From a virus (taxonomy: Duplodnaviria; Caudoviricetes), in the IMG/VR virus record IMGVR_UViG_3300036987_000534, positions 1 to 25,944 of that record: a DNA stretch of 25,944 bases, one strand, 5' to 3'. Shown piece by piece: positions 24,768-25,944 of this stretch. The notes under the pieces were generated by a model, which did no database searches, had not been told where the DNA came from, and saw only the letters and a list, made by a program, of their open reading frames with translations. Within the stretch, counting starts at the first letter, position 1. Each line of letters starts with the position of its first letter. The translations under genes were made by a program, and so were the position numbers.

Positions 24768-25005
24768 GAGAGTCCGTTTTGAAGTTCATGGGTGGGGGGG
24801 GGTCGGCGGACGAGATTGCGGCCCAGGGCGACGAGGATCATGGCTTCTGGGACGTCGATATGCTGCTGGTAGTCGCGCACGAGGCGGTGCCATCTTGCCA
24901 TCCAACCGAAGGTGCGCTCCACGACCCAGCGACGAGGCAGAACTTGGAATCCCCGCTGACCGTCGGGACGGCGGATGATTTCGACGACAAAGTCGAGGTA
25001 GGGTA
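24768..25005 (-). pseudogene. IS5-family transposase C-terminal fragment with terminal repeat
   Basis: [42 protein letters not shown] motif; GAGAGTCCGTTTTGAA end-like sequence at about 24768. Confidence 0.85.
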
Positions 25006-25060
25006 AGCATTCGGTGTGGGCCGCGGGGATGTTGCGAAACTCGGCGTTCGGCGCGTGATT

Positions 25061-25273
25061 TCAGCGTTTGTGGATTTTGATCAGTTCGATGAAATTTTCG
25101 ATTCCAAAGTCGCTGAATGCGATCACCTCTTGGTCGCCGAGGTCGCAGATCCAGACGACGCCGTCCTCGACGTCCATTTCGTTGGCGACGTCGTGGAGAA
25201 AATCGACACTCTCGCCGAGGCGTTCGGCGACGCGGTGGATGGTTGTGACGTGAGGGACCTTATTGATGTGCAT
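25061..25273 (-). CDS. Small hypothetical protein directly downstream of IS66 tnpC
   Basis: ATG 25273 two bases after tnpC stop; MHINKVPHVTTIHRVAERLGESVDFLHDVA.. 70 aa, HTH-like start. Confidence 0.6.
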   Translation of the reverse strand: MHINKVPHVTTIHRVAERLGESVDFLHDVANEMDVEDGVVWICDLGDQEVIAFSDFGIENFIELIKIHKR

Positions 25274-25275
25274 GC

Positions 25276-25944
25276 TCAGGCTGCTAGAGCGGGCTCGCCC
25301 GGAGCGTTGGGCCGCCAGTTCCACGGCAGTAATTCGTCGAGTCGCTGCACCGGATGCACTGCGATACGCGCAAGAACATCGGTGGGCAACGCTTGTGGGT
25401 CGATTTCGTTCATCTTGGCGGTGACGATGAGGCTATACATGGCGGCAGCGCGCTCACCCCCGCGATCGGAGCCGCAGAACAGCCAGGATTTGCGGCCGAG
25501 GGCAATGCCACGCAATCGGCGCTCGGCCGCATTGTTCGAAAGACACACCGGCCGGTAGTCGAGGAACAGCGTGAAGGCCGGCCAGCGCTTCAACATGTAG
25601 TGGATCGCCTCGGCGAGATCGTGTCCACGCGACAGCTTCGTGACCTGTCCGCGCATATAGGTCTCGGGCGTATCGACGAGAGGCCGGCTCGAGGTTCGTC
25701 GAACCGCGAGGCTCTCCTCGGGGCTCTTGCCGTTGATCGAGCGCCCGATCGCAAACAACGCGTCGATGCGGCGCACGATCTCGACGGGGCTCGGAGAGAG
25801 CGGGATTTCCTTCTTCCCTGCCGCCTTGCGACGCGCATTCTCGTCGAGGTCCGCCATCGCAAAAGACGGACGCCGGGCATGCACCCAACACGCCGCTTCG
25901 GGGATTGGGCCGGGCTTGCGGTCCGCGAGATACAATTTGGTGTA
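25276..25944 (-). CDS. tnpC: IS66-family transposase TnpC (5' part outside window, probably decaying)
   Basis: EAACWVHARR, LSNNAAERRLRGIALGRKSWLFCGSDRGG, YSLIVTAKMN, LDELLPWNW motifs; some consensus residues altered (DYR, QALPT). Confidence 0.92.
   Translation of the reverse strand, partial: YTKLYLADRKPGPIPEAACWVHARRPSFAMADLDENARRKAAGKKEIPLSPSPVEIVRRIDALFAIGRSINGKSPEESLAVRRTSSRPLVDTPETYMRGQVTKLSRGHDLAEAIHYMLKRWPAFTLFLDYRPVCLSNNAAERRLRGIALGRKSWLFCGSDRGGERAAAMYSLIVTAKMNEIDPQALPTDVLARIAVHPVQRLDELLPWNWRPNAPGEPALAA

Noticed and set aside
24794-24802. G9 homopolymer as a phase-variation tract
   Set aside because: Lies in a dead IS5 fragment; more likely decay or a sequencing artefact.
1-25944. 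CRISPR array, tRNA/rRNA, att sites, CtrA boxes (TTAA-N7-TTAA), holin/endolysin
   Set aside because: None found by eye. The NlpC/P60 gene sits in the baseplate position and is not counted as a lysis gene.

Overview
This window holds a single-strand (+) virion-morphogenesis operon (129-19394) from what looks like an alphaproteobacterial (Hyphomicrobiales-type) genome. In order it encodes large terminase, portal, prohead protease/scaffold, major capsid, neck genes, tail tube, a frameshifting tail chaperone, a short tape measure, an RcGTA-like baseplate block and an Mtd_N/DUF2793-type fibre. The baseplate block is a GTA TIM-barrel fused to DUF2460, then DUF2460, DUF2163, NlpC/P60 and a phage-tail/megatron-like protein. 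Three co-oriented accessory genes follow (Ig-like protein, signal-peptide protein, GH141-like beta-helix enzyme; to 24011), then decayed IS3, IS5 and IS66 fragments on the - strand. No integrase, replication, repressor or lysis genes are visible. The core ORFs are intact, the spacers are long, and one spacer carries a host-type MITE-like repeat. My best reading (inference) is a domesticated, GTA-like particle with a non-RcGTA head and a rearranged RcGTA-like tail; a remnant prophage cannot be excluded. Family assignments come from motifs I recognise, not from database searches.
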